Shown here piece by piece: positions 50,801 through 58,785 of a stretch of 64,000 nucleotides of DNA. The position numbers were made by a program, and so were the translations under genes. The stretch lies in the NCBI GenBank assembly GCA_902619825.1, contig CACNFT010000003.1, forward strand, positions 10,473 to 74,472, given 5' to 3'. The notes below the pieces were generated by a model. That model was not told the DNA's origin. It saw nothing but the letters and a program-made list of their open reading frames with translations, and did no database searches. The stretch's first letter is position 1. The number at the start of each line of letters is the position of its first letter. This stretch comes from an uncultured Candidatus Actinomarina sp. (GTDB taxonomy: Bacteria > Actinomycetota > Acidimicrobiia > Actinomarinales > Actinomarinaceae).

Positions 50801-51288
50801 CATTTGAACCACGAGGAATGGTTGAAGGACATGAAAATATAAAAATGAGTAATTCCATTGTTGATTATGTCTTTAGAGCTTTGGGCTTAGAATATTTGAA
50901 TAGAACAGATATTGTACAAAACCCACCTGAGGAATCTGCTTCAGCTCCTGTTGAGGAAGCTACTTCAGCTCCTGTTGAGGAAGCTACTTCAGCTCCTGTT
51001 GAGGAAGCTGAACCAGTAGTTGAGGTAAAAGAATCAGATCCTCCGAGCAGTTCTAAAGCGACAGAAGTTTCAAATGAAGTACAAGAAGTACAGTTTGTTA
51101 CAAAAGTTAAAGAGGTAGAAGCTTTAGACACAACTGAGGCTACTTCAAATTCAGTCACTACAGTACAAGAAGTTCTTGGTGATATGATGGGTGATGCCCC
51201 TGCATGTCCTGATTGTGGTCACATAACAATAAGAAATGGTTCTTGTTACAAATGTCTTAATTGTGGAAACTCTTTGGGTTGCAGCTAA
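47899..51288 (+). CDS. nrdJ: Class II (adenosylcobalamin-dependent) ribonucleotide reductase
   Basis: PNSPQWFN, HACFI, SNPCSEY, TACNLAS, APTGTI, ISKTVN, YRDGS, C-terminal CPDC...CLNC; GTG start after AGGAG. Confidence 0.95.
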   Translation: MAKNTGLKINRKYTSPGDPYKDIVWEKRSSRITNPDGSVVFEMNNVEIPSTWSQVATDIMVSKYFRKAGVPQTDENGNELKDDNGNAVLGPETSSKQVFNRLAETWRHWGEETGYFASTEDAQAFEDELKYMLATQMAAPNSPQWFNTGLNYKYGLTGKPQGFWYVDPSTGELTAGEDSYSRPQPHACFIQSIDDDLVNEGGIMDLWVKEARLFKFGSGTGTNFSNLRGEGEKLSGGGVSSGVMSFLKIGDRAAGAIKSGGTTRRAAKMVILDLDHPDIEDFIEWKAIEEDKARALINAGYPSDYNGEAYATVSGQNSNNSVRVPNEFIKALETDGDWELTARTDGSTMKTVKARELWNKIADAAWRCADPGVQFNTTINEWHTSPAGGQIRASNPCSEYLFLDNTACNLASLNLVKFYDDDNQVFDVASYKHALRIWTVVLEISVEMAQFPSKEIAQGSYDYRTLGLGYANLGSLLMRKGIAYDSELGRAIAGALTAMLTGEAYKASAEMASIVGPFPKYSENKENMLRVMGNHRKAAYDSGDYVGISHDLLAIDQDLCPDDLLKGAQESWDGALELGEEHGYRNAQATVLAPTGTIGLLMDCDTTGVEPDFALMKFKKLAGGGYMKIANQSIGPALNALGYTNQQTEEIIQYVIGSMSLDGAPFINKETLIDKGLNDQDIENIENSLPGAFEIQHAFNVFVVGEETMQRLNIQEEEYTSFDFNLLEKLGFTKTEIAEANKFICGTQTIEGALHLKDEDLSVFDCANKCGKDGERFIHYMGHVRMMAAAQPFISGAISKTVNMPNEATIEDIENCYFESAGLGIKAIAIYRDGSKASQPLSASSDDGESEETDPQVSEIIENESMLMHGNYPAGTSPTKAYAGTTRPRFLLPERREGWTQEAKIAGHKVYLRTGEYPDGTLGEVFIDIAKEGATLKGVLGCFAIAVSKGLQYGVPLEEFVDTFTFQTFEPRGMVEGHENIKMSNSIVDYVFRALGLEYLNRTDIVQNPPEESASAPVEEATSAPVEEATSAPVEEAEPVVEVKESDPPSSSKATEVSNEVQEVQFVTKVKEVEALDTTEATSNSVTTVQEVLGDMMGDAPACPDCGHITIRNGSCYKCLNCGNSLGCS
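50929..51009. repeat. In-frame 24-bp tandem repeat (EEATSAPV, about 3.4 units)
   Basis: TCAGCTCCTGTTGAGGAAGCT recurs three times at 24-bp period. Confidence 0.9.
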
Positions 51289-52613
51289 AAAAACTAAAAA
51301 TAATTTATAACCTACAAATATTTAAAATATCAGTAATTTTACTTGTATCCATGATTGGATATTATTTTTTTGAATTTTATATAAGAGAAAACAATCCAAG
51401 TTTACATTTTTGGTGTATTCAAATAAGTAACGATTTTAATTTTGGTCCATTTAATAGGGTGTCTCTTCCAATACACTGTGATGAGGGTCCATATAGACTT
51501 TCATCACAATCACTTGAGCAATTTTTTAGTAAAAACAATCCATATCAAACCCGACCATTGTATGTATTTTTAATTTATGCTTTAAGCAATTTAATTGATT
51601 TTTTTACCTTTTATAATTTGACTGAATATCAAAATTTTCGATTTTCAATAATTGTTCTACAAATTTTAATTATGACTCCAATTATTTACTTATTTATTTC
51701 TTTATTAAATATTAAATTTAAATCTTTCAAAGATTTTTTTATAATTGTCCTTTTAATAGGAATACCTGGAATAAGGTGGAATATTTTTTTTCCGTCTGCA
51801 GGAAATTTAACACTACTATTTTTTCTAATAGTTTTAAATCTGATAGTTAAGAAAGAGAAGTTTAAAAATGATAAAAAGTCTATTTATTTATTACTAAGTG
51901 TTTTATCTTTGGCACACCTCTCTTCTATTGTTTATGGTTTAATTATTGAATTAGTAGATCTTTTTAATACCAAAAAAATTAATCTTTTAAATAGGATTTT
52001 AGATCTAGGAATACTTGTTATTTTTCCCTTGATATATAGATTTATCGTTCATCTCTCACCATACGAGTTTTATGATTGGCATACAGGTGTTTATAGTCAA
52101 TTCTCTTGGATAATTTATGAGTTACAAAATGGAACATTTTTTAATTTTGAAACCCTTAATACCCATATCATTACCTATATTGAGATTACATCTAATTATT
52201 TAGGATACTTTTTTATTCTTTTATCTTATTTTTTTGCACTACTGTTACTCCTAAAATACAAGAAAAAAGAGATACCAATAAAAGTAAAGTACGCTTTTTT
52301 TATAAATTTAATCATTTTTATATTTTGGGGACTACAAGGTTTATATGAATCATTCAGATTTACTAATTACAGCATCGGCTACTTTTTGTTCATTGCAATA
52401 TTTATATTATTAGTTGAAAGTTTTGAAAAAGATATATATTTGATTACAGCTATCTTTTTCTATATTTTATCTGTTGGTTATATTGAACCTTACAATGAAG
52501 CATTAAATTATCCTCAACTAAATTATTTAACTTTTTTATCGTCCTTCTTATTTTTTGTTTTTATATCTAAAGAGATAAGATTAGATAAAGAAAGTTTAAG
52601 TTATGAATCATAA
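51261..52613 (+). CDS. Polytopic membrane protein, possible GT-C glycosyltransferase (start uncertain)
   Basis: Very AT-rich, many TM segments, first loop with acidic motif (CDEG) and RPLY. Confidence 0.5.
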   Translation: MWKLFGLQLKKLKIIYNLQIFKISVILLVSMIGYYFFEFYIRENNPSLHFWCIQISNDFNFGPFNRVSLPIHCDEGPYRLSSQSLEQFFSKNNPYQTRPLYVFLIYALSNLIDFFTFYNLTEYQNFRFSIIVLQILIMTPIIYLFISLLNIKFKSFKDFFIIVLLIGIPGIRWNIFFPSAGNLTLLFFLIVLNLIVKKEKFKNDKKSIYLLLSVLSLAHLSSIVYGLIIELVDLFNTKKINLLNRILDLGILVIFPLIYRFIVHLSPYEFYDWHTGVYSQFSWIIYELQNGTFFNFETLNTHIITYIEITSNYLGYFFILLSYFFALLLLLKYKKKEIPIKVKYAFFINLIIFIFWGLQGLYESFRFTNYSIGYFLFIAIFILLVESFEKDIYLITAIFFYILSVGYIEPYNEALNYPQLNYLTFLSSFLFFVFISKEIRLDKESLSYES

Positions 52614-54033
52614 AATTCTCATTATTGGAGCAGGGCCTGCTGGCTTAACTGCTGCATGGGAGGCTGAGAAATTAGGCATCAAAACACTTGTTTTAGAAGG
52701 TGATAAAGAGGTCGGTGGAATAAGTAGGACAGTCGAACGAAATGGATGGAGATTTGATATTGGAGGTCATAGATTTTTTACAAAAGTTGATGAGGTTTAT
52801 AAAATTTGGGATGAAATATTGGGCAGCGATGATTTTTTATTACGTCCAAGAATGAGTCGAATATATTACAAACAAAAATTTTATGATTATCCTCTCAAAG
52901 CATCAAATGCTTTATTCAATCTTGGTATTTTTGAAGCAATTAGGTGTGTTCTTTCCTATTTCTATGTAAGAATCAGGCCCCCTAAGAATCAGGACAATTT
53001 TGAAAATTGGGTTGCTGCAAGATTTGGGTGGAGACTATACAACATCTTTTTTAAAACTTATACAGAAAAAGTATGGGGAGTTGATGCAACAAAAATTGGT
53101 TCTGATTGGGCGAGTCAAAGAATAAAAAACCTATCATTAATGAAAGCCATACTTAACGCATTTCAAATAAATAAATCCGGAGAAATTATTACAACACTAA
53201 TTGATAAATTCAAATATCCAAAGTATGGGCCTGGAATGATGTGGGAAACAGCTTATAAAAAATTGCTCGATAAAGGTCATGAAATAAAACTAAATAAAAG
53301 AATCGTTGAGATATCAAAAGAAGATGATCATTATTTAGTTACTACAAAAGATGGGGAACAATTCAAAGCAGATAATATTTTAAGTAGTATGCCACTTGCA
53401 CATCTTCCTAAAACTATAAAGCCCTCTCCTAGTAAGGAAGTATTAAATTCTGGAGAAAATCTTAAATTCAGAGATTTCCTTTCAGTTGCACTAGTCATTA
53501 ATGAAGAAGATGCTTTCCCAGATAATTGGATTTATATTCATGAGCCTGGAGTGAAAGTCGGACGAGTACAAAATTATGGTAGTTGGTCTCCATTTATGGT
53601 CAAGGAGGGGAAAACCTGTTTAGGCCTTGAATATTTTGTAAATATTGGTGATGAACTCTGGAGTATGGAAGATGAAAAGCTTATTGCACTTGCAACTCAT
53701 GAACTTGAGAAACTGTCATTGATTAAAAAAGATTCATCTCTAGAAGGATATGTAGTCAGGATGCCAAAAGCTTATCCAGTATATGATTTAAACTACTCTA
53801 AAAACATAGAAAATATAGCTGATTGGTTATCTAAAGAACATAAAGGCATACATCCAATTGGAAGAAATGGAATGCATAGATATAACAATCAAGATCACTC
53901 AATGATGACTGCAGTTAAAAGTGTAAGAAATATTGTTCTAAATGAAGTTAATGATATTTGGAAAATTAATGTGGAAGAGGATTATCACGAAGAAATTAGC
54001 ACAGGAAGATCAGCTCCGGTACAAAAAGACTAA
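52603..54033 (+). CDS. FAD-dependent oxidoreductase (HemY/pyranose-mutase-like fold)
   Basis: IIGAGPAGL, GGISRT, DIGGHRFF, AYPVY, GRNGMHRYNNQDHSM. Confidence 0.8.
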   Translation: MNHKILIIGAGPAGLTAAWEAEKLGIKTLVLEGDKEVGGISRTVERNGWRFDIGGHRFFTKVDEVYKIWDEILGSDDFLLRPRMSRIYYKQKFYDYPLKASNALFNLGIFEAIRCVLSYFYVRIRPPKNQDNFENWVAARFGWRLYNIFFKTYTEKVWGVDATKIGSDWASQRIKNLSLMKAILNAFQINKSGEIITTLIDKFKYPKYGPGMMWETAYKKLLDKGHEIKLNKRIVEISKEDDHYLVTTKDGEQFKADNILSSMPLAHLPKTIKPSPSKEVLNSGENLKFRDFLSVALVINEEDAFPDNWIYIHEPGVKVGRVQNYGSWSPFMVKEGKTCLGLEYFVNIGDELWSMEDEKLIALATHELEKLSLIKKDSSLEGYVVRMPKAYPVYDLNYSKNIENIADWLSKEHKGIHPIGRNGMHRYNNQDHSMMTAVKSVRNIVLNEVNDIWKINVEEDYHEEISTGRSAPVQKD

Positions 54034-54078
54034 TTATCTTTAACTTAATATTTTTACTTTGAATATAATTATTTTTTA

Positions 54079-54152
54079 GGGCGCTTAGCTCAGTCCGGCA
54101 GAGCGCTTCCCTTACAAGGAAGAAGTCACAGGTTCAAATCCTGTAGCGCCCA
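54079..54152 (+). tRNA. tRNA-Val(TAC)
   Basis: Acceptor GGGCGCT/AGCGCCC, anticodon arm CTTCC-CTTACAA-GGAAG, T-loop GGTTCAAATCC. Confidence 0.95.
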
Positions 54153-54188
54153 CAAGGGTTTTTCAGAAATCTTTACATATATATACTC

Positions 54189-54209
54189 AAAAGACACCTA
54201 AAAGACACC
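54189..54209. repeat. AAAAGACACC-T-AAAAGACACC, left copy
   Basis: 21 bp identical to 54757..54777. Confidence 0.9.
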
Positions 54210-54247
54210 GCTTCTGTAGAGTTTCATTTGGTAACATACATTTAGTT

Positions 54248-54769
54248 ATGGAATTAGATTTTGAATTTGAGTTAAGCAAAGGAAAACAGAACTCACTTGG
54301 AGAGACATTAAAAGTAGTAGAACATATTCAAAACAATATAAAAGAAATTGATAAATTATTCTTATGTTTTTTTTCTAACAATTCTTTAGTTGCAATGAGA
54401 GCTATGAATGCAACAAAAAGAATAATAAAAGGTGATAATCATATTTTTGTTGAAAATAAAAAAAGATTCATAGATGAGTTTTCAGAGTCTGAACATAATG
54501 TAGTCAAACTTGGGCTTATTACAATTTATTATGATTTCATTTCATATTTTGACGATAAAGAATACAAAGTTATTAGTAAAAATGCAATGAGTTGGGTGGA
54601 AAATAGTAAAGACTGGATGATACTTGCTCAAGGTTTAAAACTTCTAGAAAAATTATCCAATTCAGACGAAATATTGAAGTCAAATGTTATAAGTATCGCA
54701 AGACAGTTAAAGAATGATGAAAGAAAAGCTGTTAGATCTCAGGCACAAAAAATTTTAAAAGACACCTAA
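54248..54769 (+). CDS. Hypothetical alpha-helical (possibly HEAT/ARM-like) cargo protein
   Basis: 173-aa ORF, helical pattern, ends D.RKAV...A.K.L; sole gene between the repeats. Confidence 0.6.
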   Translation: MELDFEFELSKGKQNSLGETLKVVEHIQNNIKEIDKLFLCFFSNNSLVAMRAMNATKRIIKGDNHIFVENKKRFIDEFSESEHNVVKLGLITIYYDFISYFDDKEYKVISKNAMSWVENSKDWMILAQGLKLLEKLSNSDEILKSNVISIARQLKNDERKAVRSQAQKILKDT

Positions 54770-54777
54770 AAGACACC
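54757..54777. repeat. AAAAGACACC-T-AAAAGACACC, right copy
   Basis: Identical to left copy; contains the cargo gene stop codon. Confidence 0.9.
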
Positions 54778-54897
54778 AAAATTTTCTAAAACTGTAGATA
54801 CTCTCTGATAACCTCTGATATCTTTCTGAAAAAGCTTACGTTCGTTGACTCTATAAATTGATACTCTCTGATATTACCAAGTATTTAATGGCTCTTT

Positions 54898-54940
54898 CCT
54901 TACAAGGAAGAAGTCACAGGTTCAAATCCTGTAGCGCCCA
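54898..54940 (+). pseudogene. 3' fragment of tRNA-Val (attR-like)
   Basis: Anticodon loop through discriminator base; 5' acceptor strand and D arm absent. Confidence 0.88.
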
Positions 54941-55018
54941 CTAGGGTTTTTCAGAAATCTTTATATATATATGTGCCTCAACCCCACATTTTGCTTAAAT
55001 TTTTGTAAACTTTAAATT

Positions 55019-55186
55019 ATGAAATACAAAAAAAACTTAGGTGCTTTATTAGTTTTTTTAGCTTTAACCGGGCAAGCATTTGGCTCTCTTAACTCTAGCT
55101 ACACTCCAACTCAAGCAATTCTTGTTGTTCTGTTTGCGTATCTTGGAATTCAATTAACTTACTTCGTTTATTTTAAAAATAACTAA
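55019..55186 (+). CDS. Putative 55-aa two-TM protein (not in ORF track)
   Basis: MKYKKNLGALLVFLALTGQAFG...QAILVVLFAYLGIQLTYFVYFKNN; TAAACT 7 nt before ATG. Confidence 0.5.
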   Translation: MKYKKNLGALLVFLALTGQAFGSLNSSYTPTQAILVVLFAYLGIQLTYFVYFKNN

Positions 55187-55259
55187 GACGAGTGCGAAAA
55201 AATTAATTTAAACCCCTTGAATTTATAAATTCACAGAATTTTGGAATTATAATACTTCT

Positions 55260-55973
55260 ATGGATTTTGACTATGAAAATATTCCTATAGGTTATTATGA
55301 CAAAGTTTTGACAGAAGGATTAAAGAAAAAAAGAGGCCTTCAATCAAGTTGGCACAACTTAAAATTTTGTACTGTTAAAGAAAATCTATATGAATATGAT
55401 TCTCACCTAGATATAGCTTGCGGTCCTGGAACCTTTATAGGTAATTATTTGGACAATAGGTCATTTGGAATTGATATTTCAAATAAACAAATTGATTATG
55501 CAAAGAATACTTATCCTGAGCTCAAAGATAATTTTATGGTTTCTGATATTAGATATGAAGCAGTCGATAAAAATGATTTTGATGTAATTACCGTTCTTGA
55601 GCTGATTGAGCACTTTCAACCTAACGAAGTTAATGAGCTAGTAAATTTGCTTATGAGCAAGTTAGGGGAAAATGGTAAATTGATCTTAACCACACCAAAT
55701 TATTCTGGCATATGGTTATTTCTTGAGAAAATAGTCTCTATTGTTGGTCCAGTAAATTACAAATATCAACATATAAATAGATATACAAAAAATAGAATAT
55801 TAAAACAATTTACAGAGTACAGAGTTGAAGTAAAAAAATATATTAATTTTGGAATTTTCTTTTCAATATTTAGTACAGATTTAGGTATATTTATGAATAA
55901 GTTAATATCCAAAATATTTTTTAATTTTTTTGGTTACTCGTTAATAATTACGATATACAAATCTAAAAAATGA
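55260..55973 (+). CDS. Class I SAM-dependent methyltransferase
   Basis: LDIACGPG, GIDIS, ELIEH, LILTTPN. Confidence 0.88.
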   Translation: MDFDYENIPIGYYDKVLTEGLKKKRGLQSSWHNLKFCTVKENLYEYDSHLDIACGPGTFIGNYLDNRSFGIDISNKQIDYAKNTYPELKDNFMVSDIRYEAVDKNDFDVITVLELIEHFQPNEVNELVNLLMSKLGENGKLILTTPNYSGIWLFLEKIVSIVGPVNYKYQHINRYTKNRILKQFTEYRVEVKKYINFGIFFSIFSTDLGIFMNKLISKIFFNFFGYSLIITIYKSKK

Positions 55974-56686
55974 ATCCTGCCAAAGAATATGTCGTAATAA
56001 TCCCTACATATAACGAGGCAAGCAATATCACTGAGTTACTTGATAACTTACTAGATGAGAATTTGCACATACTTGTTGTAGATGATGGTTCTCCAGATGG
56101 TACATCAAAGATAGTTGAAAATAATTCATTTTATAACCAAAGAACTTTTTTAATTAATCGTGGGTCAAAAAAAGGATATGCAAGTGCCTGTATAGAAGGA
56201 TTTGAATGGAGTATAAATAATAAATATGATTTTGTTATCCAAATGGATGCAGATTTTTCACACTCAATAAAAGACTTGAAAAATATGTTACGTTATTCTG
56301 AAGAATACGATTTAGTTTTGGGAAGTAGATACATTCCGGGTGGTGAAATAATCGGCTGGGGATTATTAAGACAAATATTATCAAAATATGCCAATATTGT
56401 CGCAAGAATTATGACTAGATCAAAATTAAAAGATCTGACAACCGGGTTTAGAATTTATGATATCAAGCTATTAAAAAATATTAATCTTAAAGGTTTAGAG
56501 TCTGAAGGGTACGGTTTTTTAGTTGAAATCCTCAATTTAATTATTAAAAAAAATAAAAATATAAAGGAAATACCGATTACTTTTAATGATAGAAAACTTG
56601 GGGAGTCAAAAATGTCCTTTAATGTAATTCTTGACGCTATGAAAACAACTTTAAAAATTGGATTTATTAATTACATTAAAAATTAA
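55970..56686 (+). CDS. Polyprenol-phosphate glycosyl (mannosyl) transferase, GT2
   Basis: IIPTYNE, VDDGSPDGT, QMDADFSH, GSRY, F.DR..GESKM. Confidence 0.88.
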   Translation: MNPAKEYVVIIPTYNEASNITELLDNLLDENLHILVVDDGSPDGTSKIVENNSFYNQRTFLINRGSKKGYASACIEGFEWSINNKYDFVIQMDADFSHSIKDLKNMLRYSEEYDLVLGSRYIPGGEIIGWGLLRQILSKYANIVARIMTRSKLKDLTTGFRIYDIKLLKNINLKGLESEGYGFLVEILNLIIKKNKNIKEIPITFNDRKLGESKMSFNVILDAMKTTLKIGFINYIKN

Positions 56687-56691
56687 ATATT

Positions 56692-58638
56692 TTAAGAATG
56701 GAATTTATAAATATTTACATTACCTTTTGAAAAAATTAGACTACCACAATCACTATCTTTATCTATTACTACAAAAAAAATATTAGAAAAGTTTGCAAAT
56801 TCTGCACAGTCCCCACCATAGAAGTTTCTTAGTTTGTCAATTCTTTCTCTCCAAATTGATATATCTCGGATGTTATAAGCATTGAATTTCCATGTAGCGT
56901 AGGTTGGCACCTGAGTTTCGTATTCAATAAAATTAAGTGTGCTTTTCATAGATGCACTATCGTATAAAGGCAATAGTAAAATATCAATCTCATTTTCTGA
57001 TACAAAATCAAGTATTTCTGAGTCAATTTTTGTATTTAACTCGTCGAAATAATAATCATTTTGAACATTAGTGAATCCTTGTAGAAAAACAAAAAGTGAA
57101 ATTACTATTGAAACAAAATTTAATACGGGTATATTTTCATTTGAAATATATGAACAAATAAAAAGATAAAAGAAGATTAAGAAAACAGATCCAATTCTAA
57201 AAGGAAATAGCATAGTAAATTGGCTAAATGGAAAAATAAATACAATTAACAAATAAATCCAAAAAATAATTGAAATAAAAATAGAAATATCTAATAGTTC
57301 ATTCTGAGTATTTAGTTTTAAACGAAAATAAAACAGAAAAAAAAGAATTGAAGCCATCACTGCAATTCCAAAAATCCACTGATCATTAATAGTAATGAGA
57401 TTATCTGAATACTTATCAAATGGATAAAGATGATGTGGGGCTCTTACTTTAATCATATTTATTAGATTTGAATTAATTAAATCTGAGTCAATGGACATAT
57501 TTGAAAATAAGTTTTGTCTCATTAGATTAATTATTAAAGGTAAAGAGAGTAAAAAAGAAACAAAGTTAAAGGTTAAAATATTTTTTAATTCAAATTTTTT
57601 CAGTTGTATATAAATATATACAGGGAAAGTAACAATCGCCACAGATGCATGAAAATAAAGGGTGAGTAAGTAAAAAAAACAGGACCATAAAAGATTTCTT
57701 TTATAACCAAATATAAAAGAAGTAAGCAAAGATAAGTAAGCAAATACTTTACCTTCAACAGAACCAAAATAAAATTCTCCACTTAGAATTGATTGCTGCC
57801 CAATTAACAATATAATTAAAAAAATTGATGCACCTAAATTAATTTTAAAATTATATGTAAATTCTCGAACAAGAATGGCAAACCAAACACAAATAATAAT
57901 CTCTAATATAATTTTGAAGCTATCACCAAACAAAAGGTTTGAATATTTAACGATAATATTGAACAAATATAAATGTGAATCACCAATATATGCTGAGTAG
58001 GGAGAGTTGTCTACAATTGCATGACCAAAATAAGTTAGTTCGTTAAGTGTAATATTTTGATTTAGTACATCTGATAAAACACCAGCAACTAATAAATAGA
58101 AAATAATACTTAAACTCTTTGATTCTGATAATGCAGAAAAAATATAATAAATAATAATTACTTTAAGTAAGAGCCAAAGTAAACCATTCCACGTAAAAAA
58201 GTAATAGTCATATATAAGCGATAAAAGTATTGAATTAATTGAAATCAAAAAAATTAGCCTAGACTTTTTAATATTATTTATATTTAGATAAATCAAAGTA
58301 AAAATTAGTGTGTTTGTTAGCACCTCAAATCTTTTGCTAGAGCTGGTTTCAACTATTATTCTTTTTTCCTCAACAACTAAATTATTTATTGTTCCCAAGC
58401 AAAAGAAATTGCTTACGTTTGGAAAAACGCTTATTGGTTTATTTACGATTTGAATAAATTCTTCTGGATAAAGATTTTTATATGAAACTACATCATGTAT
58501 ACATCGATCTTGTGTTTCAAATTTAAAATTGACATCGTTATTGAAGTTTGTATTTTGAATTTTCGTAAATGTTAAAACAATCAAAAAAATAACGCATATA
58601 TAAAGTAGTATTTCGTTAGATTTTTTGTTTATCAACAT
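56692..58638 (-). CDS. Large polytopic membrane protein, possible GT-C enzyme
   Basis: 648 aa, many TM segments, FH and RAPHH motifs; glycosylation context. Confidence 0.5.
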   Translation of the reverse strand: MLINKKSNEILLYICVIFLIVLTFTKIQNTNFNNDVNFKFETQDRCIHDVVSYKNLYPEEFIQIVNKPISVFPNVSNFFCLGTINNLVVEEKRIIVETSSSKRFEVLTNTLIFTLIYLNINNIKKSRLIFLISINSILLSLIYDYYFFTWNGLLWLLLKVIIIYYIFSALSESKSLSIIFYLLVAGVLSDVLNQNITLNELTYFGHAIVDNSPYSAYIGDSHLYLFNIIVKYSNLLFGDSFKIILEIIICVWFAILVREFTYNFKINLGASIFLIILLIGQQSILSGEFYFGSVEGKVFAYLSLLTSFIFGYKRNLLWSCFFYLLTLYFHASVAIVTFPVYIYIQLKKFELKNILTFNFVSFLLSLPLIINLMRQNLFSNMSIDSDLINSNLINMIKVRAPHHLYPFDKYSDNLITINDQWIFGIAVMASILFFLFYFRLKLNTQNELLDISIFISIIFWIYLLIVFIFPFSQFTMLFPFRIGSVFLIFFYLFICSYISNENIPVLNFVSIVISLFVFLQGFTNVQNDYYFDELNTKIDSEILDFVSENEIDILLLPLYDSASMKSTLNFIEYETQVPTYATWKFNAYNIRDISIWRERIDKLRNFYGGDCAEFANFSNIFFVVIDKDSDCGSLIFSKGNVNIYKFHS

Positions 58639-58785
58639 AAAAAAGCTTTTGTAAATAGCCTAGTAATAAAATCCAAATAGTTTTAGCAAGTAATAAATAG
58701 TTAAATTCACTCTTAAATTTTTTGTAAATGCTATTTAGTTAATAAAGAATTTATTTTTTAAAGTGTAATTATAATTATCGAAGTA

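Larger units (their letters stand above)
54110..54972. mobile_element. Integrase-less mini-island at tRNA-Val bounded by 75-bp direct repeats
   Basis: 54110..54184 and 54898..54972 match with 2 mismatches (offset 788); the repeat begins at the anticodon arm. Confidence 0.8.

Noticed and set aside
47899..51288. Intein in the long NrdJ
   Set aside because: No intein splice-junction or LAGLIDADG motifs noticed; length is explained by the usual insertion and C-terminal domains
54894..54941. Second functional tRNA-Val
   Set aside because: 5' acceptor strand and D arm are missing; it is only the 3' fragment
54110..54972. Prophage or IS element
   Set aside because: No integrase, transposase, terminal inverted repeats or phage genes in the window
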